Shown here: in pieces, positions 9,766 through 23,225 of the stretch
How the letters are laid out: each line of letters begins with the position of its first letter
Position numbering within the stretch: position 1 is the first letter of the stretch
Assembly: GCF_001194135.2 (NCBI RefSeq)
Contig: NC_068992.1
Coordinates: 24,278,270-24,342,269 of the forward strand
From: Octopus bimaculoides
Lineage: Eukaryota
DNA length: 64,000 bases
Direction of reading: 5' to 3'
Made by a program: the position numbers and the translations under genes
Notes under the pieces: generated by a model
Database searches by the model: none
What the model saw: the letters and a program-made list of their open reading frames with translations, nothing else
What the model was told of the DNA's origin: nothing

Positions 9766-11403
9766 TATCATGATATATGCACTTATATTGAACAGTGATA
9801 ATGATTGCTCAACACTGTATTGGATGATAAATATTCTTTATTTCTAGGTTAACAGGGCTACCATTGGTTTCATGTTAGAGGAATCTCTTAGCAATTATCA
9901 AACCTTCCACATGGGAACATTGATACTCGTCTCCAGGGTTAACTATACAAGTGCTACTGATGAGTTTAGAGGTTCATGTAGGAGTATCATAGTCCAGTCT
10001 TCCTCCATTTGTGAGGTGTGGTCACTGCTGAACTGAGTGGTGTTATTGAGTATGATATTCAAAACAAATATAGAAAAAATATAATAAACACAAGATGCTG
10101 TTTATACCTGTGTTTCATCATTGTGGCTATCTGCATCCTCTGCAGTGGGTGTTCATAGTGCAATTCAACAAAGATTCTTCAAGGGAACACTTTATTACAT
10201 TATGGTGGATGTACTTCCATTTGGACTATGTACACCCATTGATATATACACACACATATACATAAATACACACACACAAAATGGACATCCTTAGAAGTTC
10301 TTTAAAATGCTAAAGCACCATTGGGAATTTCGTAAAATTAACTGATATCTAATTTCACATAATATTTGGAACAAATGTGGGAGTTTCATAAATGAGGAAA
10401 ATTTGGATCAAACTATGATAAATTGGTAAGCATTTATCATTATATACTTAAGCTAATGATCGGATACCATAGAACTGGTTCAGTTACTGAATGGCTCATC
10501 AACCAGCTTGAATATTCTGATTTACCATTCTGAATATTCCTTATACTAAATCTCACAATCTTGTTGATATTTTCACAACTGAGTAATCCTGATTACTTTA
10601 GAAATTTTACATTCATGGTTATGATTTGGGCTCCTTAAAGAAAGAACTGGTTAACTCATGAATATAATATATCCCAGTATAAAGGAATTATTAACAAGCC
10701 TATCTCAAAAGCCACAGTTTCAATTGTATATGTATATGGAAAGGAATATTTTTTATTCAATTCTTTTCTTTTGCCCTTTCAAATCTTCATCCTTTTTCTC
10801 ATAGATAAGTTCCTTCCAATGAAATACCAATATCTCTTCTTCCTTATTAAAAATGATAAGGAAATTTTATTGTATTTGATTCTATTAGTAAAATAATTCT
10901 TACTCCCATGAAAATTATCTGGATATAAATGGAAAAGAACAATACAATACGATAAAACTTGAGAGAGCAAACTAAAAGGCTAACTGAAGCAAAATTTGAG
11001 ATCTTTTCAATTCAGAAAATTATAATAGAAAGGAAAAAGTACAACAATGCTTCGTATGTATTATAGTAACAGACAGGAATCTGTCTGACAAAAGTTAGCT
11101 TCATAATGCAAACAAATGTACAATCAACCATTGCCTGGAAGTAATCAGATATTTTACAAATGCTTTATTATAGTTATAATAATTTTCTTAGATGGTGTTT
11201 GAATTGTAGAGAACAACTGCTTACTGATTTTCATAATTGATATTTTCAATTGTTTTACAAGTTTACATTTAATGTAAATTATTCTAAAAGATAGAAACAA
11301 AAACGAAAGTTAAATAACAGAAACCCTGGACACTGAATTATTTATGGTGGGCAAATGTTGCAGTAATTAACCTAACAATTACATTAATAGTAAATCCTTA
11401 TCT

Positions 11404-11580
11404 GCAGGAGTGGCTGTGTGGTAAGAAGCTTGCTTCCAAGCCACATGGTTATGGGTTCAGTCTCACTGTGTGGCACTTTGGGCAAGTGTCTTCTACTATA
11501 GCCTCAGCTGGTCCAAAGCTGGTGCAAAGCTTTGTGGATTTGGTAGAGGGAAACTGAAAGGAACCCCATCATATATATAT
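11404..11580 (+). mobile_element. SINE family A head
   Basis: GCAGGAGTGGCTGTGTGGTAAG...GGGTTCAGTC...TTGGGCAAGTGTCTTCTACTATAGCC, then (TA)n. Confidence 0.85.
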
Positions 11581-13110
11581 TTCGTTTTTGGATTTGGTTT
11601 GCAAGATTTTTTATGTGATTTCGTGTGTTGAAGCATATTCTGTTGTGTCTGGGGAAAGGTTGCAAGACGCAACAAAAATTTTAGGAAAATAAAAAAAAGA
11701 AATAATTGGAAATTTTACCGGTGAGTGTGTTAAATTTTAAGGCACAATANNNNNNNNNNNNNNNNNNNNNNNNNNNNNNNNNNNNNNNNNNNNNNNNNNN
11801 NNNNNNNNNNNNNNNNNNNNNNNNNNNNNNNNNNNNNNNNNNNNNNNNNNNNNNNNNNNNNNNNNNNNNNNNNNNNNNNNNNNNNNNNNNNNNNNNNNNN
11901 NNNNNNNNNNNNNNNNNNNNNNNNNNNNNNNNNNNNNNNNNNNNNNNNNNNNNNNNNNNNNNNNNNNNNNNNNNNNNNNNNNNNNNNNNNNNTATATATG
12001 TGTGTGTGTGTGCGTGTGTATGTATGTATGTATCTACATAGCCTTGGCTAGTCCAAAGGCTTGGCTGGTCCAAAGCCTTGTGAGTGGGTTTTGTAGACGG
12101 AAACTGAAAGAAGCCTGTCATATACGTGCATGTATGTATGTATGTATTTGTATGTGTGTTTGTCCCCCGCCATTACATAACAACCGGTGTTGGTGTGTTT
12201 ATGTCTTTTCAAGTTCAGCAAATCGCCAAAAATCTCAGTCACTTGTCATTGCCTCCATGTGGCTCAACTTCCAAAGATCCTATTTCCTCACTTCATCCTC
12301 TGAATCTACCTCTTCACTGGTTCTGTTTACAGTTAGAGATTGGCACTTCCTTGAAGTCACTAGTTTATTATTATATCTACTGCTTTATCAACCACCTTTC
12401 TTTTAGAATTATATTGCAGCAACGATCTCTAATAACATTATATTTTATCTCCAGGAATATGCAAAGTCCTCTTAGCACTGTCTCTTCACTACTGTAGCTT
12501 TAGATATTGTCTCTCCTCTCATCATGCATACTGACACACCACCACCATCACCATCAGGCCTCTTCTAACCATTATTCCCAACCCTTCATCTCTCAACCAG
12601 AACATTGGTGGCTTCTGACTCCCAACTGTTCAAAAACAATGTTAACATTGTTGTTTTCATGAGTCTTGGAGAATCTTTGAGGGCCATGGGTATAATTTGT
12701 TCTTCTGAGAGTTAACCAATTAAAATTATCTTTTAGTTTTCTGTGAGTTTTTGCAACTGCTTCAAAAAATTTTCTTTTTCTTTTTTCTCTCTCAATGTTT
12801 TAACTTTAACTCTCTCCAGTTCTTTATTAAATTAAAATCTTTGGTTAATCCTTCTTCATTAGAAAAACCCCCCTACTCCATCCATACCATTCTGATACCT
12901 TATGCTTTTCCAAATGCTAACCGAAAATAATTCCTGCAACCAACTCAGAACAGCAACCTCCCATAAACATTATATCTCATTAGTGAAAAATAACGATGTT
13001 TTTATTCAAGTTAAGAAGTTATTCAAAGGCATTGAAACATCTATTTATGTCAATCAAGTTGAATGTATGAAACACACACATACACTAACATATACACCTG
13101 AAAATGCATA

Positions 13111-13316
13111 CAGTAGTCACCAAAAGTTTGGAACACAGGTCTGAAAATTAGAATTTTTATATTAAATAACCAAAGTAAGATTTAATATGTAACTGACTAC
13201 TGGATTAGTTATTAGGTAAGTATAATCTCTACATGGCATAAATTTGAATTGAATTGTACTTGGGCATAACAATTTTAAATTTTAAAATAAATGCTCCAAA
13301 CTTTTGGTCATGACTG
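13111..13316. mobile_element. Tc1/mariner-type MITE, 206 bp
   Basis: 25-bp TIRs CAGTAGTCACCAAAAGTTTGGAACA vs CAGTCATGACCAAAAGTTTGGAGCA (21/25); TA TSD at 13109-13110 and 13317-13318. Confidence 0.88.
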
Positions 13317-13344
13317 TATATGTATATATATATATATATATATT

Positions 13345-13745
13345 CGAGCGTGATCAATGCCAGAGCAGTTGTCTGGCTTCCGTGCTACTGGCATGTAAAT
13401 AGCACCATTTGAGCGTGATCGTTACCAGTGTCGCCTTACTGGCACTTGTGCCTGTGGCATGTTAGAAAATCATTTGAGCGAGGTCGTTGCCAGTGCCGCT
13501 GGACTGGCTCCTGTGCAGATGGCACATAAACAACGCCATTTTGAGTATGGCCGTTGCCAGTACCGTGTGACTGGCCCTCGTGCCGGTGGCACGTAAAAGC
13601 ACCCACTACACTCTTGAAGTGGTTGGCGTTACGAAGGGTATCCAGCTGTAGAAACTCTGCCAGATCAGATTGGAGCCTGGTGCAGCCATCCGGTTCAGCA
13701 GTCCTCAGTCAAATCATCCAACCCATGCTAGCATGGAAAGCGGAC
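13345..13745 (+). mobile_element. Family D retroposon with internal ~60-bp tandem units
   Basis: Repeated (CATT)TGAGCGTG..CGTTGCCAGTG.CGC...ACTGGC units followed by the conserved D 3' end; runs into a gap. Confidence 0.85.
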
Positions 13746-14106
13746 NNNNNNNNNNNNNNNNNNNNNNNNNNNNNNNNNNNNNNNNNNNNNNNNNNNNNNN
13801 NNNNNNNNNNNNNNNNNNNNNNNNNNNNNNNNNNNNNNNNNNNNNNNNNNNNNNNNNNNNNNNNNNNNNNNNNNNNNNNNNNNNNNNNNNNNNNNNNNNN
13901 NNNNNNNNNNNNNNNNNNNNNNNNNNNNNNNNNNNNNNNNNNNNNNNNNNNNNNNNNNNNNNNNNNNNNNNNNNNNNNNNNNNNNNNNNNNNNNNNNNNN
14001 NNNNNNNNNNNNNNNNNNNNNNNNNNNNNNNNNNNNNNNNNNNNNNNNNNNNNNNNNNNNNNNNNNNNNNNNNNNNNNNNNNNNNNNNNNNNNNNNNNNN
14101 NNNNNN

Positions 14107-14755
14107 CACTCATACAAATACATGCATGCAAACAGACATGTAGGCACACACACACATATGCACATGCACACACAAACACACATTCACATGCACACACACA
14201 CACATACATACTGACGAACATGCATACACACACACAAACACACTGATGAACATGTATTCACACACACACTAACAAACATGCATTCAAACACGCATACACA
14301 TACACACACACACACACACTGACGAACATACATTCACATACACACTGACGAACATGCATACACACACACACACTGACGAACATGCATTCACATACACACT
14401 GACGAACATGCATACACACACACACACTGACGAACATGCATTCACATACACATACACACTGAAGAACATGCATACACACACATACACACTGACGAACATG
14501 CATTCACATACAAACTGACGAACATGCATACACACACACATTGACGAACATGCATTCACATACACACTGACGAACATGCATACACATACACACTGAAGAA
14601 CATGCATACACATACACACTGAAGAACATGCATACACACACACACACACACACACTGACAAACATGCATTCACACACACATACATACTGACGAACATGCA
14701 TACACACACACAAACACACACTGATGAACATGTATTCACACACACACACACACAG
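14107..14755. repeat. Compound (CA)n minisatellite with recurring CTGA(C/A/T)GAACATGCAT unit (~26-34 bp period)
   Basis: About 18 visible units separated by variable CA tracts. Confidence 0.9.
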
Positions 14756-17700
14756 AGGCAACAAATAGCAAATAAACATCAGGTAATTCTTAATTGCCCT
14801 GATGTACTAGCACACATACAAATAGATATTTTCTGGATATCGACAAAATCAGAAAGTGATGATGAGGAGGCTTGGCTTTAAGTCGAACCACATCAAATAA
14901 TGCAGAAGTAAATACGTATGAAGACAGAGATGGAAATGTTGATATTGTATATAACAATAACGCTAGCATCATTATTACCATCATCACAATGGTTAACACT
15001 GGCAAACTGATAAAAATAAAACTTATGAGAAAAATATTTCAGAGTATTATACAGAACAATAAAGACACAGATTTCTCAAAATCACTTAGTTGCTGCCTAT
15101 GGCCATAACCAATAAGATACATGATTGTGAACAAATTTGCTGATATTTTTATACACATATTCATAGAAATTAATACAACCATAGTAACATATTTTATATT
15201 GATATAGTCACTAACAACAGCCTTAATAGTTGAGAGAAATTTGTCTACATTATGGATTACTTTCACAATGGCTACACCTGGGAATGGATATATCATGAAT
15301 ATTAGTGCTACTCTTCTTATTCTTATTGTTGTTATGATGGGTTAGTTGGTTGGTTGGTTTGTTGGTATGGCTGTAGGATATAGCAATAATAATAACGTTT
15401 CATCAGACCAATGTGACAAACGATATTCGTTGTTGATACTTTGACTACCGACCAGTATTAAGAACATAATGGCAAGAAATTCGGGGAGAGAAATTATGTA
15501 CCGTATTTGATGGTCTATAAGACGCATTAGTGCATAGGACGCACCCTAGCCTAGGCTATACTTTTGTAAAATAAATTACCACTAAAATAATGTTTTAATT
15601 CCTCCACTTAGCTGCATAACTTTATGTTATAAGCAATTTATTGTATATATAAATGCCAGCAATGACCTTCTCAGACTGTCCAATATTTTAATTGCTAAAC
15701 AGAAACTATCGGGGGTAAGGAGTGGGGTTAAAAAATTCATAATTACTCAATTTTTCTTTTATATAATATTTGGAGTAAAAATATTGAAAAACATCAATAC
15801 ATTTGAAAGTGGTACAGAAATGAGGATTGCTAGAAACAACAGCCAAATAGCCCTTAAATCACTCACTTTTCCCTCTGAAAATATCTATTTATTTTTTTAA
15901 TGAAAATGGTCTTCCCATAGTTTTGACATGCAAAAACATTGGCCACAATAGGTCTGGAGTGAGATGATGAAGGAAGGTGGTGTAAAAAAAGAGATTCTCA
16001 AACGTTTATCATACAATATCCACTCCACAACAACGCCATCATTTCGAAGGCTGTGTTTTAAAAAAATGGGGAAAATCCCCGGAAAAATTTTCCCGCAAAT
16101 GTCTTTATGATCGTAATCTATGCCGTTTGGAGGGGATTTATATAAACTTTCAATGAAAGTTACCCATTCTCCTGAAAGTTATGAGGGAAAAAGTCAGATC
16201 GTGTGAATTATCCGAAATTTCTCTCTCCACCCCCTCAGTAAAATTCTTTCTCATAAATCCCTATATGCATTGAAGCCACAACATCTAAGCTGTATTTGTA
16301 GAAAATTTTGTTAAAAAATTATCCATTTTTCTGGATGTCATGAGGCAACAAAGTCGGGGGCATATACATCTGTAGTAATAAATGCCTTTTTATGTATACA
16401 ATTTTTCATTTTGTGTTTATTTCATTCCTTGTTTTCAATGTTCTCTCTCTCATACACACATACTGCAAAGCTTACAGATGGGCTGGTGAATGGAAATTTC
16501 TATGTTGCTTTGAGGGGAAGGTAAAACTTGACAAACTGCATCTCCCTCTGTTGTTGGACTGCCGTGGTGTTTGTTTAAAAAAGAGAGATTATGACTGATA
16601 AAATAATGAAAGCAATATTTACTATGCAAGTGAGCACTATTATACAAAGGAATAATTAAACATAAAATATCATTAAAAATTACTAGAATTGGGAATCCAA
16701 TGTGAAAATATTATCAAGTGGCTGGCAGAAAACCACCCAGAAGGCAGTCTTTCTGCTAGTGATATCTAATGATAAACAGAACATAAGCACTACACTCGGT
16801 TTCGTGAGTATTATTCCATATAAATGGTTAACCTTTACTTATCTTATATTCACCAATTCTATAATGAGAAAAATTAACAAACTGACCGATATGACCTTTA
16901 GTCAGACTCACCAAAACAAAACAGAAGATATTTTAAACTTTTGTTTTAAACCAATATTTTCAGTGTGAAATGCCACAGAGATTGCTTTGCTTGCAATAAT
17001 TACAAGATTTAAAGATATTGATAATTTCAAAGTATAGAAGCCTTGACAATAAACTCCAGTGACTCAGCTTGTTATCTTACCAGTGAAATCCTGCTTAGAG
17101 AAGAACCTCTAAACCTATAAAATCAGCACTACAGATCTACTCCCAGCTTAACAAATCTTGTTGCTATAATGACACGATTATATTGTCAGTCCTTTTTGTC
17201 AATTTTTTTCTTCATATTTTGTCTTTTTTTACAAAGATCTTTTGATGATAGGAACTTATACGTGACACCAAAATAGTAATTTTTGAAACTTTCTGTAGAA
17301 GTGGCTTTGAGGTAATTTGCATAAAGACACTTCTTTTCAATGAACATGTGATTTAAAAAAACATAACAACTTAGTATATAATTTCCTATAAAAGAAATCA
17401 CTAATTGCTTTGACATCATTTCTCATGAAACTAATTTGCGATGAAGACATTTTATTTTTTTGTTATTTAATTGACATCAATCTCTCATTAGCTTAAAGAC
17501 GCTTCATCAAGCAAATACAGTAATGAATGGAATTGCAAGTTCTGGAACTTCTGAGAATGAATTGCTTTAGGATGCTTAAAAATGTTTTTCTTTTTTTTTT
17601 TTACTTTTTTAAATAACAACTGAAAGAACACAAATGTTTTATTCATAGCAATATTAGTGACGGTAATTATACATCGTCTTAATAATATTCCATAAATATA

Positions 17701-18599
17701 ACAATGAAAGCAAAGGAAAGCTAAAAACTAAGAGAATCAGAATAAATAGCAGCAAAGCATGTTCAACAAATTACTCTAATAATTAATAATTTTGATATCA
17801 GTAACCGAAGTTTTCTTCCTTATTTCGATGGGGTATCAAAGCAATGATTAATTATAGTCGCCCAAATAATTAAATGTTGATAAAGGCTACAAAAAGGACA
17901 GTTCTGAAAATGAACTGAGTTCTATTTTGCAAGTTGATGTACATTTAACATTTAATCTTCTAATTTGATGTATTTGATGGTGTGTAGCCCGATTACTAAT
18001 TCAAAGTCCATTTGATAATGCACATTTTAATCTCTTAATTGTACACTATTTGATATCGTGCGATTAAGATGAATTAATGTAATGGCCTTTGATAATGTAC
18101 AGTTTAATCTTCTAGCTACATAGTATTTGATTATATTAATTTAATTATTGAATTTTATTTCATAGTACAATGCTTAATCTCTTAATTACATAACATCTCC
18201 CATTTTGAGGCTGTATGTTAAAATGGCTTGCCATTCTAAACAGGGAATAGTTGTACTTAGTTCATTTAGTTGAACTTTTATTATTCATAGTTATTCCTTA
18301 ATCCCAGTTATTGCTATCACATCAGAAGGAAAACAGAATAAACAGCTTCACAGAACCACTTAAATATGAATAGATTTGAAAGACAGGCAAAACATCATTT
18401 TATTGTTCTGTCTGTATTAAAAGATTCCTGGTAAGATTAAGAACTGACTCAGACAAGTGATGAACGAAATAATTTTAAAATTCTAGCAGCAAAATATGTA
18501 TTGACTGGTTCCTTCTATTTTTGAAACAATGCGTGAGTGTGTTGTCATAGTAACATTGTTGCTATCCTCATCAACACTATATTTTCCTTAGTAAGTTTG

Positions 18600-18990
18600 G
18601 AGCCAGGATGGTTGTGTGGTAAGAAGTTTGCTTCCCAGTCACCTGGTTCTGGGTTCAGTCCCACTGCTTGACACCTTGGGCGAATGTCTTCTACTATAGT
18701 CTCAGGCCGGCCAAAGGCTTGTGAGTGAATCTGGTAGATGGAAATTGAAAGAAGCCATCGTACATGTGTGTGTGTATGTGTGTGTCTTCATGTCTGTGTT
18801 TGTTCTCTACTACTGTTTGACAACTGGTGTTGGTGTGTTTATGTTCCCATAACTTATCAGTTTGGCAAAAGAGACTGACAGAATAAGCATCAGGTTTAAC
18901 AAGAAACAAGTACTAAAGTTAATTCATTTGACTAAAACTTCTTCAAGGCAGTGCCCTAGCATGGCTGCACTCATGTAACAGAAGCAAATA
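18600..18990 (+). mobile_element. SINE family A, full length, diverged
   Basis: Head, TG hinge and 3' AGCATGGCTGCA...GAAGCAAATAAAA tail. Confidence 0.85.
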
Positions 18991-19874
18991 AAAAGATACC
19001 ATCATAAAAGAAGACATTTGACTCTCTGTAACCTTATTTCTTGGTTATAAACCTAATAATTGCTCAAGTAATCACAAAATAGGCCTATCTATTATTAAAA
19101 CATCCTAAAATTTATATTGCACCAAATCCAATTTTCAACAAAGAATTTTCAATGAATATTTTCTACATTTTTCATTGTGATCAAAGGGAACTGGTGCTAC
19201 ACAATGTCATGTTCCGAATGAACTCTGAATTCAAGAAATTTTATAAACATGAAAATAAAACAGTAATTACATCAATGAATAAATTGCTGCCACATTTTTT
19301 TAATTTGGGAACAGAAACCAAATTGATAATGCTAGACTTGAAAATAAGGGGGGAAAAAACAGTTTTAATTAAACACTGATTTTTATCTATTCTTATCTCA
19401 AAGAGTAGACACAGCTGGTATAGCAGAGCTCAATGCAAGACACTTCAATGTACTTATCTTATTTTTATGATCAAATTCTGTTGGTGTCAACAGTATATTT
19501 CCCTAGTTTCTCGTCTTGTAAGATATTGTGTAGTGGCATAAAAATCTTGGTTGTGAGGGTAGTTTGAAAGTGAGATTATGGTGCATCTATTTTTGTAGTT
19601 TATTTCGTTGGTGTAAAAACAAAAGCTCAGTAGAGGATGCATGTTCAGTTCCTTCTATACTCTTGGACACACTGGGCAGCAAGTGGATACCAAAGGTTTC
19701 TGTTGAATGTGGTTTTCTCTGCATCCAGTCATATAGGTCATGAATGTTCTGAACCTTGTAGTTTTGGATTTTCCTTTCTTTTGATTTCTCTCTGGTAAAT
19801 CTGGTCAAGCAGGAACAAAATCGACCTCCATACCATTTGAAAGCCTTATTTTGCTATTTTCAAATTCTGCCAAG

Positions 19875-20075
19875 GCCAGCGAGCTGGCAGAAACATTAGC
19901 ATGCTAGGTGAAATACTTAGCAGTATTTCGTCTGTCTTTATTTTCGGAGTTCAAATTCCGCCGAGGTCGACTTTGCCCTTCATCCTTTCATGGTCGATAA
20001 ATTAAGTACCAGTTGCATACTGAGGTCGATCTAATCGACAGGGCATCTCCCACAAAATTTCGGGCCTTGTGACAA
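19875..20075 (+). mobile_element. SINE family B
   Basis: GCGAGCTGGCAGAAACATTAGC...GAGTTCAAATTCCGCCGAGGTCGACTTTGCCCTTCATCC...TAAGTACCAG...GGGCCTTGTG. Confidence 0.9.
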
Positions 20076-21420
20076 GATTATTTTGTTATTTTAACATTAA
20101 GGGGCGTATTTCTGAGTGAGTCATGGCAGTAGAATTGGTTTTGATGTCTTCACAGACTTCAAAGTGTTCATTGGCGCTTCGAAGTGTTCTTTGGCTTTGA
20201 AGTCTTCCTGATGTCAAAATGAAGATCTGATCAAAAAATTTGTAATTAAAAAAAAAATAGGAAAAACTTTTCAAATATAAATAAAGTAGAAGTGTATAAA
20301 AATAAACAATATTTCCTGTCTTACTGTAAGATTGGCTTCATTTTAAAAACCAAACATTTATTTTATAGTTTAACATTGTTTATATTTCGAAATACATAGA
20401 TATGGGGTCGCCAAAATCCTTTAAGGGCTTCAATGGATCTTAATCCAACCCCTGTTATTTAATTCCACTTTGCTCCCTTTTCAAATAATTGAATAATAAT
20501 TAATTGAATCAACACAGAAGAGGTTACTGGCTTCTGTACTAAACACAAGTATTAATATTGACAAATATTTATATTATACCTTCATTAACTCTTCTAACGG
20601 TACACAATGTAACTTTAGGGTTCCTTGTAATTTACATTATTCCACTAGATATTAACCATTATATACCCTTGAGTTAATGCTTGTCAAAGACTCTTCACGT
20701 GTTTACACCTATTTATAATTAACATCACATATTCTGGAAATCTGAATTTCCTTTCTGTATGTTTAGAATGTATAGCTTGATTTTCATTGTTAATGAGGTG
20801 CATAACGCTATTTATTAACAATACATAGTTAAACTCAAGGCATTCTCTTTGAATTTTATTATCAATTCTTGTCTGTTGCAAAGTTATTGATAATAAATGA
20901 AAGAAAAAAAGAGAGGAAAGGAATAGGAAAACAGAGTTTCTGTGGAATATGTGCCTCTTAACAGCTACAGATCTAAATATTTACCGTTTGCATACAAATT
21001 GGTTCCCCAGCATAGCTTGCTTGCAAACATCATTTGAATTGCATTGCAGGGAAATGCCAATATTTCAACTCCTAAAGGCTCAAATAAATCAAATCATCAT
21101 CATCATTATCGTCACCGTTACAAGTGCCTGATAACAGAACCAATTGAGTATCAAATTTTCCAAGTTCGAGTTCTAATGTTGCAGACATATCATTCACTTG
21201 TCTGAGAGCAATATTATAAGTAAATGTTGAATAACAGGATTGGCTTAATCAATACACTCCTATCTCTATATTTCTAAACTTGTGCCAATGTTAGAATTCA
21301 CCATTATTCGTAATGGCTATAGAAAACATTCTACAGAATACAAAATCAAATACTATCCAGTATTTAACATCTTAACATTCTGAGGCTAATTTTGCCTTCC
21401 TTTCAGAATCAGCAAAACAA

Positions 21421-21805
21421 GTACCAGTAAAGTACAGGGATTGATCTAACAGCTCCCTTGGGTATAATTCGTGCCACACCAGTAAAGTACAGGGATTGAT
21501 CTAACAGCTCCCTTGGGTATAATTCGTGTCACACCAGTAAAGTACAGGGATTGATCTAACAACTCCCTCGGGTATAATCCGTGTCACACCAGTAAAATAC
21601 AGGGATTGATCTAACAGCTCCCTTGGGTATAATTCGTGTCACACCAGTAAAATACAGGGATTGATCTAACAACTCCCTTGGGTATAATTCGTGCCACACC
21701 AGTAAAGTACAGGGATTGATCTAACAACTCCCTCGGGTATAATTCGTGTCACACCAGTAAAGTACAGGGATTGATCTAACAGCTTCCTCGAGTATAATTT
21801 GTGTC
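21421..21805. repeat. Minisatellite, 7 x 55 bp, derived from the internal part of a family B SINE
   Basis: Unit ACACCAGTAAAGTACAGGGATTGATCTAACAGCTCCCTTGGGTATAATTCGTGTC starting at 21421, 21476, 21531, 21586, 21641, 21696 and 21751; no spacers. Confidence 0.95.
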
Positions 21806-22019
21806 AATATGCCTCACTAAGAAACCTTAATGATTTTTATTATTATTATGAAAGTTGAAGGCAGAATAAAAAATTTATGGAGATTTAGTTACTAATTATA
21901 AGCAAGTTGAGTGAACATAACATACAGGGCCTCTTTCACAGACAAGGCATCAAACGTCCTAATTACAAGAAAATCAAATTGCTAATCAGTGTTTAATGAT
22001 AAATATGCTCATTTTGAGT

Positions 22020-22260
22020 TCATACCACACACTTGACTAGCATTACAACATACTCTTTTATCTTCTTTTATGGACAAGCTTACTGCACTCACTTAGCAGA
22101 TACTTAATTCTTTTGTGCTCTTTTCCACACATTTTGTGTTTGCTGCTTGACTGAAATTTGTCGATTTTCATCTTTATAAGATTCATCATCCTTATGATCG
22201 TCAATATCTGCAGCAATAGTAATACATGTGAAGAAATGATGAACACTGGCTGAAACGCTG
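22020..22260 (-). mobile_element. R4/Dong-like remnant (CCHC zinc-knuckle region)
   Basis: NLIKMKIDKFQSSSKHKMCGKEHKRIKYLLSECSKLVHK resembles 'IKxKIDK.Q..SKCRMCG...E.I.H..SECSKLA.KEY'. Confidence 0.65.
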
Positions 22261-22319
22261 GATAAAATATTAGAACATGGCTGAAACAATATGCAGTGGA
22301 AAGCTTTATCTTTCATCAC

Positions 22320-22690
22320 TTACTTGTTTCAGTCATTAGGCTGCTACCATGCTGGAGCACTGCCTTGAAGAATTTTTAGTCAAATGGATCAACCCCAGTA
22401 CTTTTATTTTAAGCCTGGTACTTATTTTATCAGTCTCGTTTGCCAAACAGCTAAGTTAAGGGGACGTAAACGCATTAACTCTGGTTATCAATTGATAGTG
22501 GAAGACGAATACAGACACACACAGACACACACATACATACACACACACAAGCATGCAATCAGCTCTTATCTACTGAATCCACTCACAAGGCTTTTGGTCA
22601 GCCTGGGGCTATAGTGGAAGTCATTTGCCCAGGGTGTCCTGCAATGGGACTGAATGTATTTAGGAAGCAAACATTTTAACACTGTCACGC
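22320..22690 (-). mobile_element. SINE family A, diverged
   Basis: Tail TTACTTGTTTCAGTCATT...CCATGCTGGAGCACTGCC, CA hinge and head remnant. Confidence 0.8.
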
Positions 22691-23225
22691 GTATCATTTT
22701 ATATATTTGTTCAAATCACTAAAACTAATGCAATCAAATACATCTCTCCTATATTTATGAGGTCATTTACCAATGTAAACAATATCAATAACCAATGATA
22801 GTGGCACTGGGAATACTGATGGACATAATATTAGATCAATACTATGTTATTAGTTCTGCCAGTGTATTAGTGTGAAACTGTTTTGGCCTGAAAATCTTTT
22901 AATGGTATCCAGATACAATTGTGTGACTTGTATATACAATCCAGAGATCTGTAATGCAATTCAGAAAATCAGACTTAACAGCAAACAAAGCTACTAAAAA
23001 TTTGCTCAGGCGTAGCTTCTAGAAGCATCCATGCTGTTTGCATGAATGAAGACACAAAGATAGAGATGGATATATGAAACTGAATGAAGTGTCATCATAC
23101 AGTGGGGGAAAATTAGATTGAGATCATCCACTAATGAGGACACAAACACACGAGAATGACTTTTAAAGAAAGTTTAAGATTATGGGATTCTGGAAAGGTG
23201 AATACATGGAGAAAAATCTGCAGTC

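Noticed and set aside
11655-11690. Hairpin GTTGC/GCAAC followed by AAAAATTTT, like helix II plus a palindrome
   Set aside because: No CUGANGA upstream in this copy; cannot be supported without a family consensus.
14200-14720. Repeated CTGACGA/CTGATGA resembling the hammerhead core
   Set aside because: No helix II, GAAA or helix III follows; it is a CA-based minisatellite unit.
15500-16380. Possible non-autonomous DNA transposon interior (TACCGTATTTGATGGTCTATAAGACGC start, GC-richer blocks)
   Set aside because: I could not find a matching second terminus or TSD, so it is left unannotated.
21421-21805. CRISPR-like regular array
   Set aside because: Units are contiguous with no unique spacers, derive from a SINE, and the context is eukaryotic.
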